The notes under the pieces: model-generated
What the model saw: the letters and a program-made list of their open reading frames with translations, nothing else
Told to the model about the DNA's origin: nothing
The model's database searches: none
Assembly (NCBI GenBank): GCA_043228905.1
Contig: JBHGNT010000006.1
Location: forward strand, 7,130,001 to 7,194,000
Length of the DNA stretch: 64,000 nucleotides
Direction: 5' to 3'
Origin: Azolla caroliniana
Lineage: Eukaryota; Plantae; Polypodiophyta
Part shown: positions 49,140 to 62,034 of the stretch, piece after piece
Layout: every line of letters starts with the position of its first letter
How positions within the stretch are numbered: the stretch's first letter is position 1
Made by a program: the position numbers and the translations under genes

Positions 49140-50987
49140 CAATAGTGGAGAGGGGAAGAAGAAGAAGCGAATTTATTTTTGTTGCTATGCTCTCTATCGG
49201 CAACGGAATTGGGCACAAAGACAAGCGTTAGAAAGCCCTCGATTAGAGCTTTGTAGTGAGATATAGCAAGTTAAATTTGGTGGTTAGTACGAGAAGCAGC
49301 AATATAAATAAGGAATCTTGTGTTATCGGCATCCACATCTCAACACACATTGCGGGTCTTCTATTGTCTTCATCATCTTCGACCTCTTCAATCGGGCGAG
49401 TTCTAGTTGTCTTTCTTGTTCATGGAAAATTGTTTTAATCCCGAATCGATATCACCTCAAGAATAATGGATATAAACATGAATTCCTCACAAATTTTGGG
49501 GGACATCGATATGGAAACAATTGATCCTAAAAAGAGTAATGTGATGGTTGAATGTAATCGTGAAAGGGAAGACATTGGAAGCTCTAAGAGGTTTAAGGGT
49601 ATTGAAGATATTAATGAGAAAAAATTGACATATGCCGAAGTAATACATGTAGATGAGGTTGACAAGGATCATTGTAATTGGGATAATTTATGGGGAATTG
49701 CCAATACCTTGTTGTCTGATATTGTGGAAGAAAATGAAAATGAAGCGAAAGAATACATTGATGAGGATGTGCATGATGTGGAAGTTGAGGCTAAGGCAAT
49801 GTTGCAATCTTTTGATGTATTCTATGATCGTGTAATTATATTATTTTTTACCAGGAAACTCCCATACGTTAATTGGATTAAACAATGGTTGAAAACAATC
49901 GTGTCACCAAATTGTGTTGAAAATATATATGCAGGACCATGAGGGTTTTATGATGTAGTGTTTTGTTCGCCGGAACATCGAAGTGCATCGTTGGCTAAAG
50001 TTCTTGTGTTTTTTGATAAACGATTGGTGCATGTAATGCAATGGTCTGTCATGATATGGCAAAACTCAAACCCATGACCTTATGTTACATGCGTCGAGCT
50101 CTTGACCATTAGACTATATGTTATAATACGAAGGATATTATTTTCATTTATGTTTTACTATAGAAAATTGATGTATATTCCAGATTTCTCTAGAACATTC
50201 TAGAAACTTCAGGAGTACTCTTAAGAACATTATAAAAGGAGGCACAAGGCATTATTTCGAACCAAATCCGTTCAACGCTCGTCTTAAGCCTCCTAGCTAC
50301 TATTGTATATTCTCTTAACATAATATATATCTTTTGTTATCATCATTCTCTCTCTCTCTCTCTCTCTCTCACTCTTTCCTTCTCTCGAGAGTTCTACACC
50401 TCCCTTAGTACTAATCCCCACCTTTTAGTATTGTTCCTAATAATACTTCTCTGTCTTAGTACTGCTCCTAACAGTTTGAACCGATTTTGTCTCCTTCCTT
50501 CTCTTCCTTTATCTTCTTACTTCTCCCTCCCTTCATACTAATCTCTTATTCCTCTTTTCTCTCATACTATGGCCTCTGTTAGTGCTCAAGAATATCAATC
50601 CGTTTTTTCGGAGTTGCAATGCTTGAAAGAGAAGTTTCTCGCATTGGAACAAGAAAATCAACGACTGTTGGGGGAGCTTCAACAAATCGCCTTAGAGAAG
50701 CAATAGAGGCAACAACAACATGGGGAACTAGTGTTACGCGTGCAACAACTTGAAGCAACCATAGTAGCAATGCAACAAACAAGGACCCAGTACGCAAGGG
50801 GTTCATAAAGAACCCAAGTTCGGCCTTCCCATGAAATTCGATGGAACACGATCGCGATTTAGAGGATTCCTTAATCAAGTACGATTAGTCATTCAAATGC
50901 ATCCTTCCCACCTATGCATCATGTTGGGAGACAGGTCCCTCCGGATGGGAAGGGAGAAGAACAGTGCTGATGAACAAACTCGACCGA

Positions 50988-51203
50988 AACCGGATGAGGA
51001 GTACCCGGCTACGGAGAGCCGGATGGTGCAGGCCCGGTGAGAACCGGATGAGGAGTACCCGGTTATGGAGAGCCGGATGGTGTAGACCCGGTGAGAACCG
51101 AATGAGGAGTACCCGGCTACGGAGAGCCGGATGGTGCAGACCCGGTGAGAATCGGATGAGGAGTACCCGGCTACGGAGAGCCGGATGGTGAAGACCCGGT
51201 GAG
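50988..51203 (+). repeat. 54-bp tandem repeat in copia LTR U3 (4 copies here; 3 copies at 55133-55294)
   Basis: Unit AACCGGATGAGGAGTACCCGGCTACGGAGAGCCGGATGGTGCAGACCCGGTGAG. Confidence 0.95.
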
Positions 51204-51384
51204 CAGTGCTCACCGGATGAAGAGACATAGTACTCGTAAATATGTTTCTGAGAGCCCATCGAGGCTATATTCGTAAATAGCCGTAAAGTCATATTAGTAT
51301 AAATATGACTTAGGGCAAACTTTTAGAGGGTTGTTGTTATTCTTGTCTGCGCGAGATTAGAGCGTGTAACTGTGTACAGAGAGA

Positions 51385-51419
<35 letters not shown>

Positions 51420-51796
51420 GAAGAGGTCGTTGCCTCTGTTGTAACCGCCGCATGTGGCAAAGGTCGTGAGCACGAGGTCGTTGCCTCCGTGAACTCATTG
51501 TTGTACATTCTAACATAGTGATAGTTTGCAGCCTGTGGGCTGCCATGGTTTTTCCCTTGGTATGGGTTTTCCACGTAAACATCCTGTGTACTCTCCTCTT
51601 CTTCATGTCCTGCATTCTTTCACCGTTTTTTCTGTGTATGATTCTAAGCTCGGTTGTGGCCGAGCATTGCGCATAAGGAGCATTTTTTTTGAGTTCCCGA
51701 CAAGTGAAGAAGAAGAGTTGATGCTCATCACCGAGGAGAGTGAGATAAACCTTGCCGGCGACGAGATGACCTGGGTGGTAGACTTAGGAGCGTTGT

Positions 51797-52106
51797 TCCA
51801 CCTTACCCCGGACCGTAAATGCTTCTCATTCTACGCAATCGGTGATCACGGCTGTGTCCGGATGGGGAATGAAGGTACATGCCGAATTGTTGGCATAGGA
51901 GACGTGTAGCTGACAACACCAACCGGATGCAAGTTGCTGCTGAAGGATGTCCACCTTACCCCGGACCGTAAATGCTTCTCATTCTACGCAATCGGTGATC
52001 ACGGCTGTGTCCGGATGGGGAATGAAGGTACATGCCGAATTGTCGGCATAGGAGACGTGTAGCTGACAACACCAACCGGATGCAAGTTGCTGCTGAAGGA
52101 TGTCCA
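51797..52106 (+). repeat. 153-bp tandem duplication in copia protease region
   Basis: Units start at 51797 and 51950 and are bounded by TCCA microhomology; one visible mismatch. Confidence 0.95.
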
Positions 52107-55100
52107 ACACGTTCTGGAGGTTCGTCTGAACCTGATTTCAGCCGGTCGGCTAGATGATGAAGGCTACACGGGTAGCATCCGGAACGGTGTCATGAAGTTC
52201 AGCAAAGGGAGCCTGATTGTGGCTCGGGCCCGGAAGGTCAACACACTGTACCTGATGAATGCCCGGTTATGTCCGGAAGAAGTGAACGTGGCATCCGACA
52301 CTGCCGGTGAGCTGTGGCACAAGAGGTTGTGTCAAATGAGCGAGAAGGGGATGAAGAGGCTTGCAGACGACAACCTCATTCCAGTGAAGAACGCGCACTT
52401 GGAGAAGTGCACTGATTGTCTGGCCGGTAAGCAAAACCGGACCTCCTTCCGACCAAGGCCACCGATGAGACGTAATGCACCACTGGAGTTGGTGCATACG
52501 GATGTGTGTCAAGTAGACATGAAGTCACATGCCGGAGCGCAGTACTTCGTGACGTTCATTGATGACCACAGTCGAAAGCTGTGGGCCACACCGTTGAAGA
52601 CGAAGGATCAGGTGCTATCCGTCTTCAAAGAGCTCCACGCGAGAGTGGAAAGAGAAATCGGCCGGAAGCTGAAGGCGGTTCGAGCAGATAATGGAGGTGA
52701 ATACCGGGGGCAGTTCGAGGAATACTGTCGCTCGAAGGGAATCCGGCTCGAATTTACCATGCCGAAGACCCCGGAACTAAACAGACTGGCCGAGAGGATG
52801 AACCGGACCATAATGGAGAGGGTCTGGAGTATGCTAGCACATGCAAAACTACCCAAGAAGTTTTGGGCTGAGGCATTGTCAACGACGACATATGTGATAA
52901 ATAGATCACCCTCAGTACCCTTGGACGGAGACACGCCACAAAGAGTGTGGACCGGTAAGGAAGTATCCTACCGGCATCTGAAGGTGTTCGGGTGTCTCGC
53001 GTACGTGCATGTAGCTAAGGACCGGAGAGGAAAGTTAGATCCAAAGACCCGGCCATGCATATTCCTCGGTTACGGTGACGATGAGTTCGGCTATTGAGTG
53101 TGGGACCTGGTCGACAAGAAGGTATTTCGGAGTCGAGATATTATCTTCATGGAGGACAAGACGCTCGCCGACTGGGAGTTAGAGAAGAAGATAATGAACT
53201 CCGAGTCGACCGGTAAGGATCGACTCTACGATGAGCAGACTCAACCGGCAAGAGACCGGTTAGCACTCGAGGGACCAGCCGGTTACGGTGAGGATACCGA
53301 ATAGGCTGAAGAAGAAGTAGAGGAAGCTGAAACCGGAACCGGCCAAGACCCCGAATCGGATTCGAATGAAGAGCAAATGGAGGAGCTCGTTACCGAAGCC
53401 CGAAGACGGAGATATCCTCTCAGAGAGAGAAGGGCGCCCCGGAGATTTCCGGATGCAGAGCATGTTCTGCTAACCGATGAGGGGGAGCTGGAAAGCTTCG
53501 AAGAAGCGAAGGATGACACCCACAACCGCAAATGGTTAAGTGCCATGCAGGATGAGATGGATTCCCTGCATGAGAACCATACGTACGAATTGGTGGAGTT
53601 GCCGAAAGGAAAGCGGGCACTCCGAAACAAGTGGGTGTACAAGTTGAAACTGGGAGATGCCGACAAACCCCCGAGATACAAAGCCAGGATCGTGGTGAAG
53701 GGGTTCCAGCAGAAAAGGGGCGTGGACTTTGACGAAATATTTGCCCCGGTAGTAAAGATGACCTCCATCCGGACGGTGCTGAGTATAGCGGCAAGCATGG
53801 ATCTCGAGGTAGAACAGCTGGACGTGAAGACGACATTCCTTCACAGCGACCTCGAAGAGGAGATCTACATGCAGCAACCGGAGGGATTTGTGGAGAAAGG
53901 GAAGGAGCGCTTGGTTTGCCGGTTGAAGAAGAGCCTCTACGGGTTGAAGCAGGCCCCCCAGCAATGGTACCGGAAGTTCGACTCCTTCATGGCAGATCAA
54001 GGGTACCATAAGACGCAGGCCGATCACTGCGTGTTTGTGAAGAAGTTCGAAGGAGGCGACTTCTTGATACTCCTTCTGTACGTGGATGACATGTTGATCG
54101 TCAGACGGGACCAAGTCAAAATACGGATGCTGAAGAAGGCCCTCAACCGGACCTTCTCAATGAAAGACTTGGGTCCGGCAAGACAGATGCTGGGGATGCA
54201 TATTATCCGGAACCGGTCAGTGAAGCAATTATGCCTATCACAGGAGAAGTACGTGACAAAGGTGCTTCACCGGTTCAACATGTCAGATGCGAAACCAGTC
54301 GGATCGACACTTCCGGCAAACTGCAGGCTATCCGGTAGGCAAAGCCCGAAGACGAAAGCAGTGAAGGCGGATATGATGAAGATTCCATATGCCTTTGCCG
54401 TCGGGAGCTTGATGTACGCAATGGTGTGTACCCGACCGGATATAGGCTACGCAGTCGGAGTGGTGAGCCGGTTCATGAGCAATCCCGGCAAGGAGCACTG
54501 GAACGCGGTCAAATGGATACTCTGGTATTTGAAGGGCACATCAAATATGTGTCTCCGATTCGGCTCCGGAAAACCTCAACTTGACGGTTTCACCGATTCG
54601 GACATGTCGGCTGATGTGGATACCAACCGGTCTACATCCGGGTATGTAATGACATATGCAGGGGGAGCTGTCTCGTGGTAGTCGAGGCTGCAGAAGACGG
54701 TTGCATTGTCAACCACGGAGGTGGAGTACATGGCGGCTGTGGAAGCCGGCAAGGAAATATTATGGATGAAGGACTTCATCGGAGAGCTCAGTATCCGGCA
54801 AGATGAATACCGACTCTATTGCGACAGTCAAAGTGCCATCCACCTTGCTAAGAATGCGGCCTACCATTCCCGGACGAAGCATATCCAACGAAGGTATCAC
54901 TGGATTCGGGAAAGAGTAGATGACCAGGAGTTCACAATGACAAAGATCCACACGGCCGAGAACGGGTCAGATATGCTGACTAAAGTGCTGATACCCGACA
55001 AGCTGGATGCATGCCGGAAGAGGATCGGACTGGTAAGATACCCCATGCCGGAGTGAAGGGGGAGTTTGTTGGGAGACAGGTCCCTCCAGATGGGAAGCGA

Positions 55101-58100
55101 GAAGAACAGTGCTGATGAACAAACTCGGCCGAAACCGGATGAGGAGTACCCGGCTACGGAGAGCCGGATGGTGCAGGCCCGGTGAGAACCGGATGAGGAG
55201 TACCCGGCTACGGAGAGCCGGATGGTGCAGACCCGGTGAGAACCGGATGAGGAGTACCCGGCTACGGAGAGCCGGATGGTGCAGACCCGGTGAGGAGTGC
55301 TCACCGGATGAAGAGACATACTCGTAAATATGTTTTTGAGAGCCCATCGTAAAGTCATATTAATATAAATATGACTTAGGGCAAACTTTTAGAGGGTTGT
55401 TGTTATTCTTGTCTGCGCGAGATCAGAGCGCGTAACTGTGTACAAAGAGAGAGAGAGAGAGAGAGAGGAAGAGGTTGTTGCCTCTGTTGTAACCGCCGCC
55501 TGTGGCGAAGGTCGTGAGCACGAGGTCGTTGCCTCCGTGAACTCACTGTTGTACATTCTAACATAGTGATAGTTTGCAGCCTGTGGGCTGCCGTGGTTTT
55601 TCCCTTGGTTTGGGTTTTCCACGTAAACATCCTGTGTACTCTCCTCTTCTTCATGTCCTGCATTCTTTCACCGTTTTTTCTGTGTATGATTCTAAGCTCG
55701 GTTGTGGCCGAGCATTGCGCATAAGGAGCATTTTTTTTGAGTTCCCGACACATCACGAGTGGGTTTAGTAGGCACATTGTTAAGTGACTCAGCTTTGGCA
55801 TGGTTCGCTCCGTTGTTAGAAAAAGAATCTCCTTTACTAAACAATTTTGAAGAGTTTTTAAGTGAGTTTAAAGCCTATTTTGAAGATACTGACAACAATC
55901 AAGGACAACAATCAACAAAATTCGACGATTACGTCAAGGTGATCGTCCAGCCTCCGCATACTCTGCAAATTTCCGCCTACTTGCCTCCGATATCCCCTGG
56001 GATGACCAATCACTTATGGAGCAATCGTCTTTTCAAACGACATTCGGAACGTCAGTTCCAGATGCCAAGGGCAAGATTAGAGCCCACCTACGCCTCAGTG
56101 GTAGCAAAACCTTTTCCAAGGGAGTCATGTAATGCGTCTCCAGTGAATACTCCAACTCCGATGGAAATTGACACTACACGTCGTCGCGGACCATTATCGG
56201 AAGAAGAAAAGCAACGACGTTGAGCAAATCGGCTATGTCTTTATTGCGGTAGTCTAGGGCATATTGCAGTGAACTGTCCCCATAGGCCAAGAAGACAGGT
56301 GAACCAAATAATTGCTAGTTCTAATTGTACTAAACATGAGTCTATTTCAGTAGGAATATCTGATAGTCCTAATAGTACTAATAGCCCAAATCTATCGAAC
56401 AAATTTGATGTCCTTAGTCAGTTAGAAGAAGAGTTAAACGACTAAGTCCAACCAAAATAGGAGCCATTTGGTTGGACAACCCTAGATCTGTGCAACCCAT
56501 TAGTGGTTCCATTCCCTCTAAGCAAGTTAACAATGTATTCTTAGTCCAAGTAACCGTTAGTACTAAAAGTACCTCTCTAGTACATGTCTCAGTACTCCTC
56601 GATTCTGGAGCTAATTCTTTCTTCATGGATAGGAATTTTGCCCAAGCTCATCAGATATCCCTAAGAAAACTCCTGTGTCCAGCCTCTATAGTAGTCATTG
56701 ATGGTTGCCCCATTGCTTCTGGAAATATCCTAGAAGAGTCAGAGCCCGTTAATATTGTCTTAGATAATTTAGTGTGTGTAGTATCCTTTATATAATTAGT
56801 ATCCCAGAACATCCCATTGTTTTGGGATTACCATGGTTCGAATTACATAACCTAGACATAGATTGGAGAACAAGAGAAATTTGGTATCGACAAACTCGAC
56901 GATCTACTCATAAGATTGCAACCATTTCGCTACATTAGTTGCGTGAGGAAGGACGCAAGGAAGAAATGTTTCTCTTTGTAGTATTAGTAAAACCCTCCAA
57001 CACCACTAAAGAGGAGTCCACCGTTCAACTTCCAGAGAAGTATCGTCATTATGCCGATGTGTTCGATAAAGTACAAGCCAATACGCTTCCTCACCATCGA
57101 CCATATGATTGCCCCATCGATTTACAACCGGGAAAAGAGCCACCATGGGGACCGATCTACAATTTGTCACCAACCGAGCTAGAAGTCCTTCGAGCCTATA
57201 TAGAGGAGAATTTGGCAAATGGTTTCATTCAACATTCGAAATCACCAGTCGGTGCACCTATTTTCTTCATCAAGAAAAATGATGGATCACTTCGTCTCAT
57301 CGTAGATTACCATGGCTTGAATAAGGTCACCATCAGGAATAAGTATGCACTTCCCCTTATCTCAAGTATTTTGGAACGGATCAATGGTGCAAGGTTCTTC
57401 ACAAAGATTGACTTACGAGGAGCATATAACCTCGTACGGATCCGACCAGGAGATGAATGGAAGACTGCGTTTCGCACTAGATATGGGCACTTCGAGTATA
57501 CGGTCATGCCATTCAGCCTCACTAGTGCACCAACAGTCTTCCAACACATGGCAAATGATATATTTCGAGATCTCTTGGATGTTTGTTTGATCGTCTATTT
57601 GGATGATCTACTGGTTTATTCGAAGACCCAAGAAGAGCATGATTCTCATGTATTGTTAGTACTAAAATGACTTCGAGAACATGGTCTTTATGCAAAGTTA
57701 GAAAATTGTAGTTTCGGGTGGGTGCAACCAGGTAGAATTTCTGGGCTATGTCATTTCCTCGGAAGGCATCTCCATGGATCCAGCTAAGGTCAAAACGGTG
57801 GTAGAGTGGCAAACTCCGCGTTCGTTGCGAGATGTGCAATGCTTTTTAGGCTTTGCCAATTTCTACCGCAAGTTTATACAGGATTACTCAAAGCTTGTTT
57901 TGCCTCTCACACAGCTTACCAGGAAGGGACAATCGTTCATTTGGTCTGAAGAAGCAGACATGACTTTTGAGAGTCTTAAGAAGGCATTTACATCAACTCC
58001 TATTCTAGCTCATGTTGATCTGGAAAAACCATTCATCATTGAAGCAGACACGTCGGATTTCGCCTTGGGTGGCATTCTGTCACAACAAGGTGATGATGAA

Positions 58101-59006
58101 AAGCTCCATCCTGTGGCTTTCCAGTCACACAAGTTTGACGCCGCGGAAATCAACTATGAAATTCATGATAAGGAGCGATTAGCAGTAATGAACTCTTTTA
58201 CGCAATGGAGACATTTTCTAGAGGGATCTTCTCATCAACTCACTGTATTTAGTGATCACAAAAACCTTGCCTACTTTCCTAATGATCGTGTGTTAAATCG
58301 ACATCAAGCTCGGTGGGCCCAATTCCTCACTCGTTTCAACTTCAAAATTACATATCGTCCAAGGAAGCAACAAGGGAAGGCAGATGCATTATCACGACGC
58401 TCGTATCTAGCACCGCGTCTGGGCGAGCTAACTTTCGATAACCAAAAGCAAGTAATCCTGGGACCAACACGATTGCAAGCAACGCAGGTCTTCGGTATGC
58501 CCTTGGATTCCCACATTATCGATACCATATGTGAGGAGTTGAAGACAGATGCTTTCGCCCAAGCCATTCTAGCACAAATTGATCCCTCTCGAGCATCTTG
58601 TTCACAATCGCAACAACCAGGTATGGACTATCAACAATTCGAATGTCATGATGGATTACCATTCTTTAAGAAACTCTTGTATGTTCCTAATGGTTCTTGT
58701 TGCCTTCGAGTAGTCCAAAACTGTCATGACACATATACAGTTGGGCATTTTGGTAGTACTAAAACATTAGATTTAGTACAACGATAATTCTGGTGGCCTC
58801 GTATGCGACAATTTGTCGAAGATTTTGTTTGGACTTGTGATACATGTTGCAGAGAAAAAATGCCAAGGCATCATCCATATGGTTTATTAGAACCATTACA
58901 TTCCAAGCAAGCCGTGGCAATCCATTGCTCTAGATTTCATCATAGATCTTCCGGTCTCTAATGGATTCGATGCGATCTTAATAGTAGTAGATCGATATAT
59001 GAAGAT

Positions 59007-59457
59007 TACCTTGTTTTCCCGTCTTCCTCTTTATATAGTTGTTCTCAGGCAAATGATAATGTGTGGGTGCATAAAATGCATGGCATGCATGGGATGCATG
59101 ATCGCCATTTGGCGCACATGCATTACATGTGATGCATGATAGCCATCATGCTCATCTAAACTCCCATGTATGAAAATATATGTAGGATAACTATAAAGTA
59201 AGTAACCTAGCTTAGTGGTGTATGCTTTGTGCTTGGTATTCAAGGTTCAAGTCCCTCAATTTTGCTTAATACAATATTTAGGTTTAGTCTTATATTAGTG
59301 AAGTACATTCTTGAGAACATTTATAAAAACAAATAGCATAGCCTAGTGGTATATACATTGTGCTTGGTTTATAAGGTTGTGGGTTCAAGTGTTTGAAATA
59401 TTACTAAATATAATATTTAAATTTATTTTTATATCGTGAAGCAAATCCTTCACGACA
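59007..59457 (-). mobile_element. Truncated LTR-like insertion in gypsy integrase
   Basis: Ends ...CTTCACGACA followed by GCGT and resumption of integrase (REVCR); minus-strand TATA at ~59030-59038. The left end and ~20 integrase codons are deleted. Confidence 0.65.
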
Positions 59458-60898
59458 GCGTGAAGTATGTCGGTATCATGGCCTTCCCGATAGTATCATC
59501 AGCGACTGTGGACCCCAGTTCGTCTCGAAATTCTGGAAGCACCTCTTTAAAATGCTCAAGGTCACTTGTAACCTCTCCTCCAGCCAAGCAGAACAAACAA
59601 ATCAAACACTGGAGCAGTATCTTCGGTGCTTTCTAAGCTATCATCAAGATGACTGGGCGGATATTCTCCACTTCGCTGAATTTACGTATAATAACTCTGT
59701 CCACTCATCGACAAAGGTTACACCGTTTATGCGGATCGTCATCGGCTTCCATCCAGTTTTAACATTGGAGATCGGGTATGGCTACTTCAATGACACATCA
59801 AGACTACTCACCCATGTGAGAAGTTGGATTATCAGCGATTAGCTCCTTTCCATATTATTGGAAAATTTAATGATGTCGCTTTTCGTTTCGATCTACCTCC
59901 ACAACTTCGGATACATCCAATGTTTCATAGCTCTCTCCTCAAACCCTATCAAGACAGCACCATCCTAGGTTGTATTAAACAACCTCCACCCCCGATCGAA
60001 CTTGAAGATGGAGCTGAGTACGAGGTTGCTGCCATCCTCGATTCCAAGATTATTCGGAACAAGCTCTACTATTTAGTCAATTGGCTAGGATATAGTCCCA
60101 ACGAGTATACTTGGGAACCAATAGAGAATGTGACCAATGCTCGTGCTCTTCTTGAAGACTTCCATAATCAATATCCAGACAAACTAGGTCCTCAATCCAA
60201 AACAACTTGTGACACTTGTCGTTTTAAAAGGGGGATAATGTCATGATATGGCAAGACTCAAACCCATGACCTTATGTTACATGGGTCGAGCTTTTGACAA
60301 TTAAATTATATGTTGTAATACGAAGGATATTATTTTCATTTTACTATAGAAAATGATGTATATTCTAGATTTCTCTAGAACATTCTAGAAACTTCCTGAG
60401 AACACTATAAAAGGAGGCGCAAGGCATTATTTCGAACCAAATCGGTTCAACGCCAATCTTAAGGCTCTTAGCTACTATTGTATATTCTCTTAACATAATA
60501 TATATATTTTGTTATCATCATTCTCTCTCTCTCTCTCTCTCACTCTCACTCTTTCCTTCTCTCGAGAGTTCTACACCTCCCCTAGTACTAATCCTCATCT
60601 TTTAATATTGTTCTTGATAGTACTTCTCTGTCTTAGTACTGCTCCTGACCGTTTGAACCGATGTGGACTATCATGCTTTGTTAAAACAAGAATGCCATGT
60701 TTGGGTAACAATGGATTGTAAGCATGTTTTTTTATGGCCACTTTTACCAGAGTTGATGAGTCAAATGGGTAAAGTGTTGGTATCTCCACATGCAAATGCT
60801 ACACATAAGTGCAGATTTTGTGTTATGGGATACAAGCCATAAGAGGCCAAGATGGGTGCCTAAGAACACACCTGGTATGAAAAGACTTTGTTTAAAAT

Positions 60899-61377
60899 TG
60901 TAAAGAATCGATGGTGATTCTTGTGCAGCGGAATAGATGTGTGTTATATGTGTATGTGTGTGAGAGAAGAAGAGAGGAGAGAAAAGAGAGGAGAGAAAAG
61001 AGAACTCAAGATAGATAAACGATAGGAAAATAGAATACTCAAGAAGAAGGTGTATATTTCACAAGTAGAATGAGATTTACAAAATGTAGCATAATAAGGA
61101 GTCACAACCGACTTAGTATGAAGTATGAGGAGGGTGCTTTATATAGAGTCACCCTCTCTCTTCATTAACTTTACAACAACCACTCTCTCTCTTGGGGAAT
61201 GTGAAGGGTCATAGTCATGGGGAATATGTAACTCATTAGTTATGTGTCATAGAATATGATTCTATGACACATAGTTAATGTGTAGAGAGTGGTGGTGTGA
61301 CTCTTGACTTTTGAGTAATCATGGATTCTCAAAAGGTGTGTTCACACGTTGCACTATGTTGAGTTTGATTCTCAACA
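60899..61377 (-). mobile_element. Solo copia LTR (479 bp) related to the 10697 element
   Basis: Reverse complement begins TGTTGAGAATCAAACTCAAC and ends GATTCTTTACA, like LTR 10697-11063; TSD AAAAT (60894-60898, 61378-61382). Confidence 0.9.
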
Positions 61378-62034
61378 AAAATTGAAGTGGGAGACATTTG
61401 AAGGTCATTGTTTTGGATGTGGTGAATGGGGTCACTTTATGGTGGAATGGGGTCACTTTATGGTGAATGGGGTCATTGTTTTGGATGTGGTGAAGGGAAT
61501 GGTAAGGAAGGAGGTGGGAGAGATGTTGGTGTGTCAAATATTGTGGTTGTTATGGATGAAGGAACATCATCTAGAGCAGGTTATAAAGAGGTTTCACTTC
61601 AAGGTTTGGGCCCTAAGAATAAGGGAACTCAATCTATGGATATGGAAAACCAAAGTTTGGTGGTTATAGATAAGGGGAAAAAACCATTGGATAGAACTAG
61701 TGGTGATGTTTTGTTGAAAAGGATTGGCATCATGTTAAGGGCAAGTCAAAGGGGAAATCAATGAATATGCAACCTAATAGTCTGCCCACTACTTGTGAGA
61801 TTGCTTGGAAAGGAAATTTGGGAACTAGGGAGGGTCCTCGAAAAGTTCCTTGGCAAAGACAATTTAGGGATAAGGGATTACCCCTTCACCTTCAATTTGA
61901 TTCATTGGGACGGGTTGTGAATTCATCGAATTCTCGAGGTTTTCGTCAAGCAGGAGAACTTAAACAAAAGATTTCGAACGCCATTTTCCATAATTAAATG
62001 ACCTAGGTACACAATAGATTTTTGGAAAAAAACA

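Larger units (their letters stand above)
50922..55750 (+). mobile_element. Ty1/copia element (Tnt1/Tork-like) nested in gypsy gag; gag and PBS deleted
   Basis: LTRs 50922-51702 and 55067-55750 (TGTTGGGA...TCCCGACA); TSD CATCA on both sides; PPT AAGGGGGAG; integrase (LVHTDVC, RADNGGEY), RT (KWVYKLK, YVDDML) and RNase H (TDSDM, RTKHIQRRYH) with a few stops. Confidence 0.96.
50047..60650 (+). mobile_element. Degenerate second copy of the Tcn1-like chromovirus family
   Basis: LTRs 50047-50473 and 60239-60650; PBS GTTTGAACCGATTT from 50474; gag 50569-50921 and 55756-56445; pol remnants 56.4-60.2 kb with stops and frameshifts, closely matching the intact copy. Confidence 0.95.
49466..62030 (+). 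mobile_element. 5' part of an L1-type LINE (ORF1 with zinc knuckle, start of endonuclease), split by gypsy/copia and solo-LTR insertions
   Basis: ORF1 remnant 49466-50046 (WIKQW, GFYDVVF, LVHVMQWS) resumes at ~60663 (VDYHALLKQECHVWV) and at 61383 (KWETFEGHCFGCGEWGHF); NSRGF endonuclease-like start at ~61930. Confidence 0.65.

Noticed and set aside
50988-51203. Regular 54-bp repeats resembling a CRISPR array
   Set aside because: No unique spacers, head-to-tail units inside both LTRs of a copia element, eukaryotic context and no cas genes.
52267-54951. Long antisense ORFs (up to 192 aa) over copia pol, and similar ones over gypsy pol
   Set aside because: Shadow frames of GC-rich retroelement coding sequence with no domain features.
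59007-59457. Helitron call based on the subterminal hairpin TCGTGAAG...CTTCACGA
   Set aside because: No CTRR end or A/T target; the CACGACA terminus and internal TATA match the other LTRs.
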